Positions 33,965 through 47,359 are shown, counted from the whole stretch's first letter. The stretch: 64,000 nt of DNA, filler included, from Gonapodya sp. JEL0774 (GCA_027604505.1; 19 parts of 19 records of this genome joined end to end with filler, not necessarily neighbours in it); one strand, 5' to 3'. Program-made: numbers and translations. The notes: generated by a model from the letters alone, not told the origin.

Positions 33965-35385
33965 ATCATGAATATGAATTAAGAGGGGCGAGAAACACCT
34001 CATACACGAAACTCACTGCGACATGCGGCCCAAAGCCGACTGCCAGCAGCCCAGTCTCACTGATCGAGAGAGTCTCCGCAGGCGTTGGAGTGAAATATTC
34101 GTGTACAGGTTTGAATGTCCGTACGTCCCAAATCTTGAGCTGGGCATCCAAACCCGCCGTTGCCATATAGCTAGACGGGATCGATAAACAAGTAAGTCTA
34201 CTCATTTTTGCAAAAATGATGACGATGGAAACATACTAGCCGCCCTTATCAACTGCAATAGCTCTCACGGGTCCCCTATGACACAGCATTCTGACAAGTG
34301 GAGTTTGCACTGTGGGCGACCACATTGTAACCACACCGTTTGAATGTCCCAGATTGATTATAGCGTTGTAGGGGTTTTGGGCCATGACGTCGCACCTGCC
34401 GAGTTTTGTGCGAAGTTCAGCAACGAAAGCTCCTGTAGAAGTGTCCTGATACCGGAGGTACCCTGAGTTTCCCTGCGAGTCACAAATTCAAATCTGTGAA
34501 TGAGAATATGTGTAAGGGAGACACCGTCTTGTAACTCACCACCGTCGCCAAAAGGAAGTGGTACGGGAGGAACTCCAACCTTTCCACATCGATGTGCTTT
34601 CTCAGACAATGAAGCTCCGCTCCAGTCTTATCGTAGACGTAGACGTGCTTCTTCTGCGCTGTCGCCAGCATCGTTTCATTGTGTAGAAAGCAAACGTCCC
34701 GCACTGTCTCCTTGAGGTGGACTTCGAACCCAAGCCGCCCCCTTTTCCAGTCAAAGGACGCGAGGTGGCCTTTACGGCCAGCGATCACAAGGTGTTTACC
34801 ATTACGTGTGTAATCGATTTTGTAGGGGCCGAACTGATCGAGTTTGAGGTCGAAGGACTATGTGGTTTCAGGCGCGAGCAAGTTCGCCACCAAAGCCCAA
34901 CGCCAAAAGTCGATGTACGGATGAAAATCACACATCCTCTGCTGTCGATCAAAGTATGCTCACCTTGGCTGCAGTGTTCAGATCTACATTCTCTCGGATT
35001 TGCTCCTGAGAGAATTTGTAGGTCTTCTCCATTCCTTCGGCGACCAAGTATCCGACTTCCTCCGGAAGCAATGCCTCAGTTTGCGCAGCTGTAGCCGCGG
35101 CATCCTGGGCGCTGGTGTATGTTCGTTTTAAGTTCACCGAGAGCTTTTTGTCTTTGCCAGACTTGCGAGCACAAATTCACACAACGAAAGTCGACTTCAA
35201 TGACGCAATACCGATGCTTTCTGTTCAACTTCGTCACTTACCCCCTTGACTTTCCCTGATCTCGCACCATCAACTCGCGAGTATTTATCCATCAACTGCT
35301 TCGGGATCTTCGGCTTCACAGAAACTTTCTTCTGTTTCGTCTCATTTCCGTCCATGGCCGGTTTGGGAGTTGAAAGTCGATCCAT
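33965..35385 (-). CDS. UTP7: SSU processome WD40 protein Utp7/WDR46, 3' truncated
   Basis: LLPEEVGYLVAEGMEKTYKFSQ, FGPYKIDYTRNG, GRKGHLASFDWK, LHNETMLATAQKK, LEFLPYHFLLAT, MAQNPYNA, GHSNGVVTMWSP and MLCHRGPV. Confidence 0.93.
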
Positions 35386-35525
35386 AGCCGGAGTTGAAGC
35401 CCAACAATGGGAAAGGAGAAAGCTCCGACCGACGCTGGTGGACTGGGCAATTTGCTTTGGTCACCAAACTCAGCATCGGACCACGTACAAATAAATCGCG
35501 ACTCGATTCTCTTTCCACGAGCACT

Positions 35526-36433
35526 ATGGACGATTTTGACGACCGCCGAGGGTATGGATCGGGACGGGGCCGAGGGCGAGGGCGAGGTGGTCGTTCGCGC
35601 GGGGATTTTGAGGACGACGATGAACGACCGAGATTTGGTGGTGGCGGCAGCGCGGGCGGTGGACCATCGTTTGGAGGAGGAGGCCGTCCAGGTGGAAGTA
35701 ACGCTGACTCATCTGATAAGAGAAGCAATTATCAGTTCCGGCAGGGTCTGACGTTTGAATATCAGAGACCCAAATTCCTGCAGAACATTGTTGGTCTCGC
35801 GCCTGCCGGACCCACCATTGAAGATAAATTGGCGCGCGTTGCAGGAATTGAGAAACCGGACTTTGATGCTGAGGACGAGGGGGGGGAATCTAGGCCAGTG
35901 GGAGACGACGAAAGACCTCAGATTGCGGAGGGTGTCGGAGGATTGTCTCCTGAAGAAGTAGAAAGACTTATGAGTGGCGGCGCAAGTGAGTTCCAAGATT
36001 TCGAGCGATTGAGTAAAGCTAGAACTTAAGTCCGGCCAAGGATGCCGTGAGACCCTAGCTCTTCTTTGATGTTTCTCACGTCCGCTGTTATTCAGAAATG
36101 ACCGATAGTAGCCGCCCTTCAAAGCCCTCGGATCATAAGTCCCGAACCTCTGAGCCCGCGTCTTCAAATCCATTCAAGAGGGCACTTACTTCCGCTGTCT
36201 CGCCGGAAAAACGCGCACCTTCTACTGCTAGCGATCAGGGCGGTCCTGACCAGCCCACTAAGATGGTATTCAAGAAGCCGGAGATTTCTTCTGATATAGC
36301 GGTAAAGCGTGCGCAACTGAAGCGCCCGGCAGCGGAAACTGACAGACCTGACGGCCTCGACGGACCTAGTGCAAAACCGAAAACAGCTCCCAAGAAGAAA
36401 AAGACTCTTTTGTCGTTCGACGTTGAAGATTAA
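35526..36433 (+). CDS. KIAA1143/DUF4604-like protein with RGG N-terminus, two exons
   Basis: GLTFEYQRPKFL, DDERPQI, KMVFKKP and terminal KKKTLLSFDVED. Head-to-head with UTP7 across about 140 bp. Confidence 0.65.
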
Positions 36434-36517
36434 TTCAATTTCATCAATTGTATTCTTGTTCTTTACATCTGGGGAAGACTATGTAAATTGAGAGGAACAG
36501 GCCACCACCGAGTGAAT

Positions 36518-37240
36518 ATGCCGATACTTCCATTCCAATACCGCACGATCGCGTCCCTCTCGCGACAGACTCGCTGCACATCGTGGTTCCGCACGATAGT
36601 TGTTTGGTCCCCATGTCTGGCGACCCGACTCTACTCCGCCTCAAGCTCGCCCACTCCAAACCACCCCAATCTGCATCCGGTTTGCCATGACTTTTCATCT
36701 CAAACACCCAAGAGATTCTACCATGCTACATCCTTAGCCTACCCCGTCGAATCGCCCCATGCAGATGGCGCCTTTGTGCCGCCATTGCACTACTCTGACG
36801 AACAATTGCGCTCGATTCTGTCTGGGGTCCGAACGATAGCAATGGTGGGAGTGTCGGCCAACTGGAACAGACCGTCTTACTTCGTGATGAAGTACTTGCA
36901 GGTAAGTGCATGCAGGAATGCGGAAAGTTTTCAAAAGTATACTTTCATATGCCAGACACGTCATTTCTTCATTGCGCTGGTTTTCGTAGGAAAAAGGATA
37001 TCGAGTAATTCCTGTGAACCCTGGAATCGCTGGAAAGGAGCTGCTGGGGGAGAAGGCGTATGCGCGTGTTGAAGATATTCCAGAACCAGTCGACATGGTA
37101 GGTGGGAACTGGTCAATTCCTCGAAGATCATCGAAAGGCCCACTAAAGCCATATGATTGAAATCCCTCTACGCTCCACGTGCAGGTAGACATTTTTCGAG
37201 CGTCCGAAGCAGTTCCCCCTGTTGTGGACTCTGCAATTTC
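36518..37240 (+). CDS. YccU-like CoA-binding protein with N-terminal extension, 3' truncated
   Basis: LRSILSGVRTIAMVGVSANWNRPSYFVMKYLQ/EKGYRVIPVNPG...EDIPEPVDM/VDIFRASEAV, with two GT-AG introns. Confidence 0.88.
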
Positions 37241-37340
37241 NNNNNNNNNNNNNNNNNNNNNNNNNNNNNNNNNNNNNNNNNNNNTTAATTAATTAANNNN
37301 NNNNNNNNNNNNNNNNNNNNNNNNNNNNNNNNNNNNNNNN

Positions 37341-39900
37341 GGTGGTGTCCTAGTCAAAGGGGACTGAGGGTGGACGGTGGATGGTGGAGGGCGGAGTGGT
37401 GTAATGACCAAACCGTCCGACAGACTGACTTTCATATCCCCCACTCCCCACCGCGTCATCCTGCGGGGCACCCCGGTCCGTCAAACCCATCTCCCCCGCA
37501 CGCACACACGGTGAGCACGTCGATCACTCACACACTCACACTCGGCGGGCACATCGGGCACTCCCGCACACTCATCCTCCACCTCCACATACCCTCTTCC
37601 ACATCCACGTCCCACGTACACAATTCACGTCCACGATCCCCGTCCACCTCCGACACCGCCCGTGCGGCGTGTGTTCTGGACCCGACCGTGGGGTGGTACT
37701 CTGTGCTCGTTACTCTCCACACTCCATTGGCCCGTCTCGTCCCACCCACACATACCTTCCCCATCCCCACCGACCCTCCCATCCTCCCTACCATCTCCAG
37801 CCTTACCCTCCCTCCCGCCTCCCGTCTCCCGCCTCTCGCCTCCCGGCCCTCCCGCCTCTCCCGCCCCTCCGCCGACCAGGAGGCCGGACTTGTTTGATCC
37901 CACTTTTTTCCCTCCCCGTCCACGTCCACGTCTAACCCGTGGGTGGGTCGTGCGCTGGAGTCGGGAATGGTGGATTACGTGGGGTGGAACATCCAGGCTC
38001 GCGACTCAGGACCTCGCACACCACTGCTGCCCGCCTCTCTGTCACCACTGCCTGACACCGCCGTGACCCCCTGACACCGCCATGCCCCACATCATCGCCA
38101 CCGCCGCTAACCCCCACTCTTCTCGCACCTTACCGACGTACCAACTTATCGACCTACCAACGTAAGGACGTACGGGCTGATTGGGTGGGACGGGCCACGA
38201 GACGCGTTTTGTGTTGCCGGGTCGCGGTCGCGATCGGGGTGGGAGTGGTGATGTGGTTGGTGTGGTGGGTGGTCTGTGTGCACCACACACACCCAAGCAC
38301 GTGACGTAGCGACGTAGCGAGGTGGCCGACCCGGTCCCGTGCTCACACACGTGGAGTGGAGTGGAGTGGACTCGGCTTTTCTCACCGGGCGGCTGCGCTG
38401 GTGTTTGTTGTGCGAGTGAGCGGGTGCGACTGGCCGAGGCTGAGTGTGGGAGTGTGGGAAGGGATTCACTCGCCATCGTACTCCAATCGGCCCCGGCATG
38501 GCCAAGAGGCACGCCCACGACAACGACAACAAAAATGAATGAATGAATGAAAGAGAGGGAGAAAAAAAGAAAGAAAGAAAGCACCACGTATTAGATGGAC
38601 GCACGATGGCGACCACTGAGACGACCCACGACGGTGGGGCACCCGACAACCGAAAAAAAAAAAACGAAAATCGACGATAAAAAGGTTGAGAAACTGAACC
38701 ACAACTCTCGAACCTGGAAACACGAACCTCCACCGCGCCTCCGCCCCCTGCCCCCTGCCGCACTTCGTGTTCCCTGTCTTGCCTTCCTTCCGATTCACTG
38801 TTCCTTTCCTTTCCTTTCCGTAGTACCCTCTCCCTCGCCGTGCTGCTACCCTGACTCGACCATCGAATCCCAAACTGCTCACGGTGTGTCGGCTCGGGAT
38901 CTGGAGTTCAGGTGGTCGCGTCGCGGAGCCGGGCCGGGCGGGGTGCTTGAGATCGGAAGGGACATGGGCCCAGGCGTGATTGGGGAGAGCGGAGCAAGCC
39001 ATGTGTTGTGCCGCCTGTCCCCACCTCCACGTACCACCACCCGGCCCTCCCCTTCTCACACCCACCACCACTCACCACGCACGCACTCCCTTCTTCGCAC
39101 GTGCACGAGATACTCACGAGAGTGCACCACCTGCCCGTCGTCCCACCTGCCACCGACACCATTGTCCGACCTTGACACTCATCCCGGCACACCTCCCGAA
39201 CATCCACAAGCGACTCACGAGATGCACCACCTGCCCGATTTCCCACTCCGTTGCTGACCCAGACACGGACGCTTCACCCGCCCCAAATCCCGCTCGCACC
39301 TTTCGCGCACCGCACCCCGTACCCCTGCACACATGCCGTACCGGCTCACGGCTCACGGCTCACGCGTCCGTGGACCTCATGGGGTGACAATTACCTTCGG
39401 TAATTTGAAATTTTGCCAGTCCCCAACGCTGGAATTCGATACCCGGGGCTCGGAGGGAGGAAGGGTGAAGGGGCGGAAGGGGGGAGTATGGCGTATTGGG
39501 TCTGGCGTCCGCTAGGGGGTCGGGGGTGGGGTGAGGTGGGAGGTAGATGGAAAATGCTGCATTCCTGAATGCGTAATCCTCACCGTGACCAGCACCGCCC
39601 GTGCCGGCGCGGTGTTCCCCTCCCCGATCCCCCGCATCGCATCTCGACCCACCACCTGACTGCCCCACCGATCCACCGCCCGACCACCAGACTCGCCCTG
39701 TCACACCTCGAGTCCTCCAGTCCTGAGGGGTGAGTCCGGGGAACGGCGCCGCACGGGTACAGTACGGCACGGGGAGAAAAGGAAAGAAAGGAAAGGAACG
39801 GTGAAGCGGAAGGAGGGTCAGACGCGGGACACGAAAGGTGGCGAGACAGGGGCCATGGCGCGCAAGGCTCAGGGGTCGAACGCCGAGGTTCGTTGTTTCG
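37341..39900. repeat. GC-rich, strand-skewed low-complexity region with microsatellites and short direct repeats
   Basis: (GAAT)n, (GAAA)n, (GGAGT)n and (CACGGCT)n tracts; duplicated ACTCACGAGA(G)TGCACCACCTGCCCG at about 39112 and 39213. No credible protein. Confidence 0.6.
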
Positions 39901-40716
39901 GTTGTTCGGTTCTGGAGTCAACCCTGTCGTGATGGGGATTGTATTTTGTGGGCCGTCTTCGTTGTTCTTTCATCCATTCATTCATATCTACGTTTGTCCA
40001 TTCATTTTGTTGTCAAGGAGGCGTGCCTTTTTGTCAGGGTACCACTTGAGTCCAAAGTTCAATTATTAAAGCGGTGATCTGTCGAGGATTGGCTTCGAAG
40101 GTCAGATGGCTGTATTGCGAAAATCCTCACAGAGCTGAAACGGGAGACCATTCTCAAACTGCTGAATAGTGCAATACAACAACACATGTACATCCTGTTG
40201 GGATGCATTAATGCTTGTAATTTTGGCCAGGGGCCACTACAAGCTCTTATGCTGATTTAATTTTCAAATGACGAATGTATGAAGTATAAGAGATTTCGTG
40301 GATGGGAGCCAATCGAGTTGTGCTTTCGAGGTGTGTTCCATTGAGGAGGACCACAGCAGCCGGGATAAGTCACACCTCCCTCGCAAGCCACACCACTCCA
40401 CGCTGTGTCTCTAATCAGACCCCACGAGGCCGGCAAGATGCTCCCTATCGCAGAGTTTTTCAAATTAATTACATCGGTTCTTGAGAAAAACGCCGCTGAT
40501 GGATCCGCCGAAGCGCGGGAGGGCGAAGCAAACCCGGTTACGGGAATCCCCGGGGCTTGGAAAACAACACGCGTCCAACCCCACTTGTCTACATTGGCCT
40601 CTCCAATCGGGAGAGANNNNNNNNNNNNNNNNNNNNNNNNNNNNNNNNNNNNNNNNNNNNTTAATTAATTAANNNNNNNNNNNNNNNNNNNNNNNNNNNN
40701 NNNNNNNNNNNNNNNN

Positions 40717-43700
40717 CCAACCGAAAATCCTGCGTCGGGGAATGATCGTTCCCTTCATTCGCAAGTTCCGATGGATAAAGATTTATCTCCATTTCGAAAG
40801 CCGCCAACTTGCGTAAATCACGCTCACAGCCCATCTTCTTGATCACGATACCTTTACAGCGTTCCGACGAGACGCTCTCACGAAGATCCTCAAGGAACCC
40901 CGATGGGCCCTTCTTGATGTAAGATGCCCATATGTCGGGACGAATTTCCGCGACAGGGATAGACGCTTCGTAGACCTCGTAGGTATTACTCTTAGAATCA
41001 GAAGATTTTGATGCAGTAAAAGATGTAGGTGATCGCGACTCTTTATGTGAAAGAGGAGTCACTCCCTCCTCGGTCCTGACTCTCTCAGCGGTAAGCACCG
41101 CCGGATCTCCTCCACGTCTCTCCTTTTCTTTCATTGCCTCATTCTTAATCCTTATCGACTCCGAACAAGGATGATACTTTGAAACATCCCTGTCCGCTTC
41201 ATCATCATAGACGACAACATCCATGCCTTCACCATCTTCCGTAACACGCATATACATCCGGAATTGTATTATGTTCGGTTGCCCGAACACAATAAACGTG
41301 CGCTCCTCATCAACCACAGAAAATGTGCATAAACGCGATACTCCATTGATAACAACATTCACATTTGAGGCCAACCCCAGAATGCGAATACGTCCAGCTC
41401 CGAATCCCACAATGTGTTCGCTTTCAACTGGCGAAACTTCCAGACTTAAAGGCCTAACGTGGTTACGACCCACGATTCCAACGCTTGCTCCCGGATCGAG
41501 CATCGCTCCAACGTCAACCCCATTCAATTTGACCTTAATGAAGGTCTGAATCGCCGAGTCGATCGGCCTTGCAAACCCTTCATTTAACTCGTATGCCACA
41601 GCATCTCCAACGAGGACATTTTCATGCATCTCTTTTGACTCACTGATACCTCGTACTGCCCTGACAATCGAATCCTTAAATTTCGGTACCGATCGTACCA
41701 TCTCTTCAAACGAGAAAACAAGTTTGGTGTCCCGAAGTATCGTCTTGGCTTTTTCATCGAAGAATTGTTCTTGTCGTTTGATGGTTTCAGTGCGCTTGTT
41801 AGGCACACTCTGCGAGCTATCGCGACGATCCTCCTTTGGTCCCACACCAATCAAAGACTTCTCAGACGGTGGTTCAGGGTGATCCTTCATTACCACGTCC
41901 TCCTGTTGTTTCCCTTTATTCTCTGGGGTTAACTTCTTCTCGTCATCCTTGGCCTTCGCTTCAGGTTTGCTCCTGGCGATAGGGTTCCGCCGATTCTCTT
42001 CTCTGAACTGAACCCTCCGCTCAGCGGGATAAATTGACAATCCTTCATCTCCGCCGAACCAAACGGCATAGTCATCATCCTCTTCTCCGTAAATGAAATC
42101 TCGCCCGTAACTGGGCTGATTCGGCGAATTGAAATAATTGTGTGACTCACGACTTTCCCTCACAGAGAATTTAGTTCCTCCTCCAGCCGATGCTGGACGT
42201 TCTCTCTCTTGAATCCATCTCTCGTTTCTTGGTTCTGAGACCGGGATCTTGACGAACGAGGTACGAACCTCAGCGTAACCAACGTCGTCGCGTGTTGACA
42301 GCGGCAAGGTCCGCTCGAACTCTTCTCTATCACGATTAGCCATGAACGTCTGAAAACGTTGATCCCTCGGCTTCTTCTTGTATTCTTCTTCAATGAATTC
42401 AATCATTGTCTTCCCTGATTCCTGAATCTCTCGTGAGTAATAGATGCGAGATCCGTCTGAGAAGACATAGTAGGTCTTCCCGTTCTTCCCGACTTCCTCC
42501 TTGATAATGCCCCGATCTTTCAAATCTTTCCCCGCAGGGCATTGGGTCTGATAATGACCTGTTTGACCACACATGTAACACTTACGTGGTTCCCCCGGCG
42601 CCGTAGATCTAGAACGATCAGGCTCCAGCCGGGCTTGACTCACATTGTTGCCAGCGTTATGGGTCCTCGTTTGACCTTGCTTGGCATCTTGTTCAAACTT
42701 CGATTGAATGGAAGGCTTCTGGGGCGCCTTGTACCCCTGATCTAAAAATGAAAGAATCCCTCCTTCTTCGACCTTGACGCGACTTTGGTAGTTAGCGACC
42801 AACACAGACTTTGTGAGATTCAATTGATCCAGCTTAGGCTTCGGATCATCCGATGCATAAGCTGCATTCAACTGCTCCAGGTAACGACCCTTCAGTTCCT
42901 CAAACGACGGCGGTTTCTTATCCAAAGTCTTCACATCTGGTCCCATTCCTTTCATCAGTGCGGCTAACACCGGATCCATCTCCAGTATGTCACCGCACGC
43001 CTCGCGGATGACTTGGATCGCTTCCCTCCAAGATAACTCTCGAAGAGACCTCCCGTATCGTTTAGCACCCTCGATCGCTCTCCACTGCTCATCTTTCTCC
43101 AACGCTTCAAAGATCGTTGCAATCACAGCACTCTCTGTGGAGTAGTGCTTCTCAATCATCTTCTGCCCCTTGCGACCGATCTCATCCAACCATTCCTTCA
43201 TGTTTGTAGACTTTGACCTCTTCTTCAACGTTTCAGTCAGATCCTGTACGACCTCTACCAAGGTCTTCTCCTTCTGGGCAAACAAAAGACGAACCTCCCT
43301 TTTGACTCCTGCCCAATCGTTCTCTTTGAACGCTTCCTTTTCGCAAAGCCTTTGTATGATTAATGTTTCTTTGGGATCGATGTTCTGAATTAACATTCCG
43401 ACCCTGAACTCATCCGGTATTGCAGCATACCATTGATCAAACATTCGCAACCACGCAGTGACATCCTGAACGTTCCTTGATAGCTTCCATGCCATCGGTT
43501 GCATGAAAGGATTCATGAACGGCATCGACATTCCTCCACCAGATGTCATATCCGGCATAACTCCTGCGAACATTCCAGGATACACTCCCGGGTAGATAGG
43601 CGCTCTTGGCATCCCTGCGGTTCGCGTCTCTGATGTGGGTATCCTCTGCGCGCCACTATCCCTCCGGGTCTCAACATTGTCGTCTTCGTAAACAAGTTCC

Positions 43701-43988
43701 GGCAATTCCATCTCAGACTTCTTCTCGTGTAACTCACTCATTCCCAAATGTTTTTCAACTTTGATCTACGGTTTTTAAAGAGAAAATTGATGTTGTTTGT
43801 GTCCAAGATATGACTCAGCGAGTTTTTGACGAGAGAGAATTCGAAGAGCGAAAAAGAGAACGTCGATGTGGTCGTTCTTCAGCGCTCCCTGTAGCGCTCG
43901 CCAATTAAGGGTGTCGGGGGTAGAAGAAGAATTTCTCGAGGTGGGTGATGTTGTGTGAGACGACACCCAGGGTGTTGGAGCAGGCCAG
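40717..43988 (-). mobile_element. Ty3/Gypsy-type LTR retrotransposon, gag-protease ORF (about 43747 to contig end)
   Basis: About 1010-codon intronless ORF with a capsid-like region, zinc knuckle CYMCGQTGHYQTQC, and retroviral aspartic protease AMLDPGASVGIV...IVFGQP. Confidence 0.9.
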
Positions 43989-44088
43989 NNNNNNNNNNNN
44001 NNNNNNNNNNNNNNNNNNNNNNNNNNNNNNNNTTAATTAATTAANNNNNNNNNNNNNNNNNNNNNNNNNNNNNNNNNNNNNNNNNNNN

Positions 44089-45697
44089 AGGGGTTCCAGA
44101 CCAGATAGGGTCAAGGGGCGGTGGTAACCGGGGAGGTGGGAGGGGGGCACGCGAGGGGTGGCGGACGAGAGGGCGCGGACGATGGCGGCGATGTGGTCAG
44201 GGGTGCTGCCGCAGCAGCCGCCGACGATGTTGAGGAGGTGGAGGTCGGCAAAGACCTGAGGGGGAGGGGAGGGGGGCGGGGTGGGAATGGAGGAGGATGC
44301 GATGGGGGTTGGCACGTCCGATTGGAAGTGAGATCACATGATCAATGGACATTCACGACCACGACCACACGGCGACCCACTGCCCGCTCCGCCCCGCCAC
44401 CTCCCCCCGCCCACCGTCGCTCACCTTGACCTTTTCCGCCATCTCCCTGGGTTCCTGATCGTACTCTCCAAACGTATTCGGCAGACCCGCGTTCGGGTAA
44501 CATATGGTGAACACGGGACACTCCTTTGCGATCCTCTGCAAAAACGGCAGCATCTGGTCCGCACCCAGGGCGCAGTTGAGGCCGACGGCCAAGGGGCGGG
44601 CGTGCAGGACGCTGGCGATGAAGGCCTCGCCCGTCTGGCCCGACAAGGTGCGGCCCGAATTGTCCACAATGGTGCCCGAGATCATGATGGGCACGCGCGT
44701 GTAGTTGTGCGGGGAGTCCCACAGCGTGTCGATGGCGTACAAGGCCGCTTTGGCGTTCAGGGTGTCGAAGACGGTTTCCACGAGCAGAAAGTCGGCCCCG
44801 CCGTCGAGGAGGCCGCGGACCTGTTCGGAATAGGCTTGCACGAGCTCGTCAAAGGTGACGTTGCGGTACGATGGGTTTTCCACCGACGGGGATATGGAAG
44901 CCGTGCGGTTGGTGGGTCCCAGAGCGCCGGCCACGAAGCGGGGTTTGGTTGGGTCGCGCAGCGAGTACTCTGCCGTGGCCTGTTTTGCGACACGGGCAGA
45001 TTCGTAGTTGATGCGGTAGGCGAGGAGTTCCATGCCGTAGTCGGCTTGGGCGATGCATGTGCCCGAGAAGGTGTTGGTTTCGATGATGTCGGAGCCGGCG
45101 TCGAGGTATTGGCGGTGGATGGCGGAGAGGACGTCGGGGCGGGTGATAGCCATGAGGTCCTTGGTGGGGGAGGGGGCCGGGTAGGTCGGGGGTGGTTATT
45201 AGTTTGGAAATGAAGTATTGTTCGCAGCACTGCACTCACATTGTTCCCCTTGAGGTCCTTTGGGTACTTTTCCCTGGTAAACTCTGTCCCACGAAAGTCG
45301 TCCTCTGTGAGTCTGTACCTCTGAATCATAGTCCCCATTGCGCCGTCGATGAACATGACACGTTTTGAGAGTGCGTCTCGGAGGTAGCCCTCGACGTCTG
45401 GAGAGCAGAGGAAGGAGGGTGGGAAGTGCAAAGAGGTTTAAATTGATCGAGGAGGGAAACAACATGATTAGAAAAGAAGCGAAGGTGGACAAGGGCATGG
45501 AGGTGACTGAGTGTGTGTGGGGCTGGGATCTTCGCGTCTGCCAGCCGGCACCATCTGCACCGTCGTGGCGACTAACCATTTACAGTAGGATGACCAGTTC
45601 CAGACCATTGGAGTGAGTGGTTTAATTTAGGAATGGCGGGAGGCGGAGCAGAGTCGTCTGCTGCATTGAGATGTGAATGAGCGTGGGTGTCGCACAT
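44089..45697 (-). CDS. metH: Cobalamin-dependent methionine synthase, homocysteine-binding domain, 3' truncated
   Basis: [106 protein letters not shown] and LSGLEP; spliceosomal introns present. Confidence 0.95.
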
Positions 45698-46292
45698 TTG
45701 CGGGAGTGGGAAGGGGGGAGAGAAAGCGGAGTGTTGTGGGGGGCAATACACGATGGGGAGTTTGTGCAACAACAGGAGAGAGCGAAGTGAATGCGAAGTA
45801 ACGTTGAGTTGAGTTGATGTCCACGTCTCAAAAAGGAAAGTGAGGGAGGGAGGGAACGAGGGGACAGGTACCGACTGTGGCACAGTACTCTAGCTCCACC
45901 CAATCAGCTCTCCACCACACCCACAAGCACGTGCATCAAACACGAAACTCTGTTGCAATAATCAGACATGCAGAATAAATAGAAACAAATTTAATCTGGA
46001 TTCAGAAACGAACTTACTCTGATGTCTGTTCCAAAACCCGATATCGGATCGTTGGCGAGCGCGTTTATTATTATCAAGGACTGCGTAATAAGGGTCGACA
46101 GCATACAGAGGGGGTGGGAGTGGAGCTTCCACCGGTCTACAGCTCGAGGACGGGAATGAGAGCGACGGCGCATCATCCAGATCGCTTCTCCAGGACTCTT
46201 TAGTATTACGACATCTTCAGCTGGTTCTGCTCTGCCCGTCCCTTATAGTTCACCAGCGCGGGGTATAGTCAGATCTAATCACACAAAATCTC

Positions 46293-47359
46293 CTAACTGG
46301 GTATCGAATTCCTCTTGCTCCTCTTCGCCGCCTTCCTCACCACTCCTGTACTCCGTGGCTTCCCAGACACGTCCGCGGGCCCACTGGCGCCACTCCTCCT
46401 CAACTTCACATCCCCCTCGTCCCCGTCCCCGTCCCGTCCCACACCCCCATCCACCTCCTTCCCCTTCCCCTTCCCTCCCCCAGCACCCTGCGCATGCACG
46501 ACCACCACATACGGCCACGTCGACCACGTCACTCCCACTCCTGGAACACGGAGAGTGACCAACCACCGCAGCCCCACTCGATATTCCGACGACCCAGATT
46601 CGGCCAGGAGGAACCGCTGGCGGGTGAAGAGGATGTACACAATTGCGCTGTACACCGTATGTGACTAGAAAAGAAAACACCGCACGATCGGTCACCCATC
46701 ACACCGGCATTGGTCGCGACCTCCTCCAACAACGATCATCTCAACTCACCGCCAACACATGCCACCACGCATGCAACTGCGGATTCCACCTCCCCCACCC
46801 GTCCACCACCTCGCACCACCTCGTGTCCACCGTCCACATCCCCACCGCCACCACCACACCGACCACGCTCTGCCCCACCACGGTCACCGCCGCCTCTGCA
46901 CCCCGTCGTTCCTCCTCGTCCACACCGCGACCACGAGTACTACGATCCGCAGCGGAAGCGGAATGAAGACGAGCCCAGTCCTGCTTCACGAACGCCCCCA
47001 TGGCGGCGAACGTGGCGACCGCGAAGCACGCCATGAGGGAGAAGAAGATGGCAAAGGCCACTTTCCCCACGGGAGCCGTGACGAGGTAGGTCGCCACGGC
47101 GGCGAGTGCAGTGAGCGTGGCGGGGAGGAACACGGGGTGGGCGAGCGGGGAGCTGGAAGTGGAGGTGGAGCTGGAGCCAGGCCGGTGTGGTGGCGTGTGC
47201 ACCGTGAGACAGCAGTACGTCATGGCCAGTCCACAATACACCATGGGGACTTCGTCCAGAGCCTGTTCCAAAAGAAAAAAAAATGCACATCACCACACCA
47301 TGAATCAGCGCACGTTTGCCCTCACTCCAATAACCCCCCCCCCCCCCCGCGCGCGCGCC
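46293..47359 (-). CDS. Alkaline ceramidase family protein, 5' truncated
   Basis: QALDEVPMVY and PQLHAWWHVL signatures, with hydrophobic helices. Confidence 0.85.

Noticed and set aside
37370..39921. Many overlapping 100-220 aa ORFs
   Set aside because: Expected from stop-poor GC-rich low-complexity DNA; no domain motifs.
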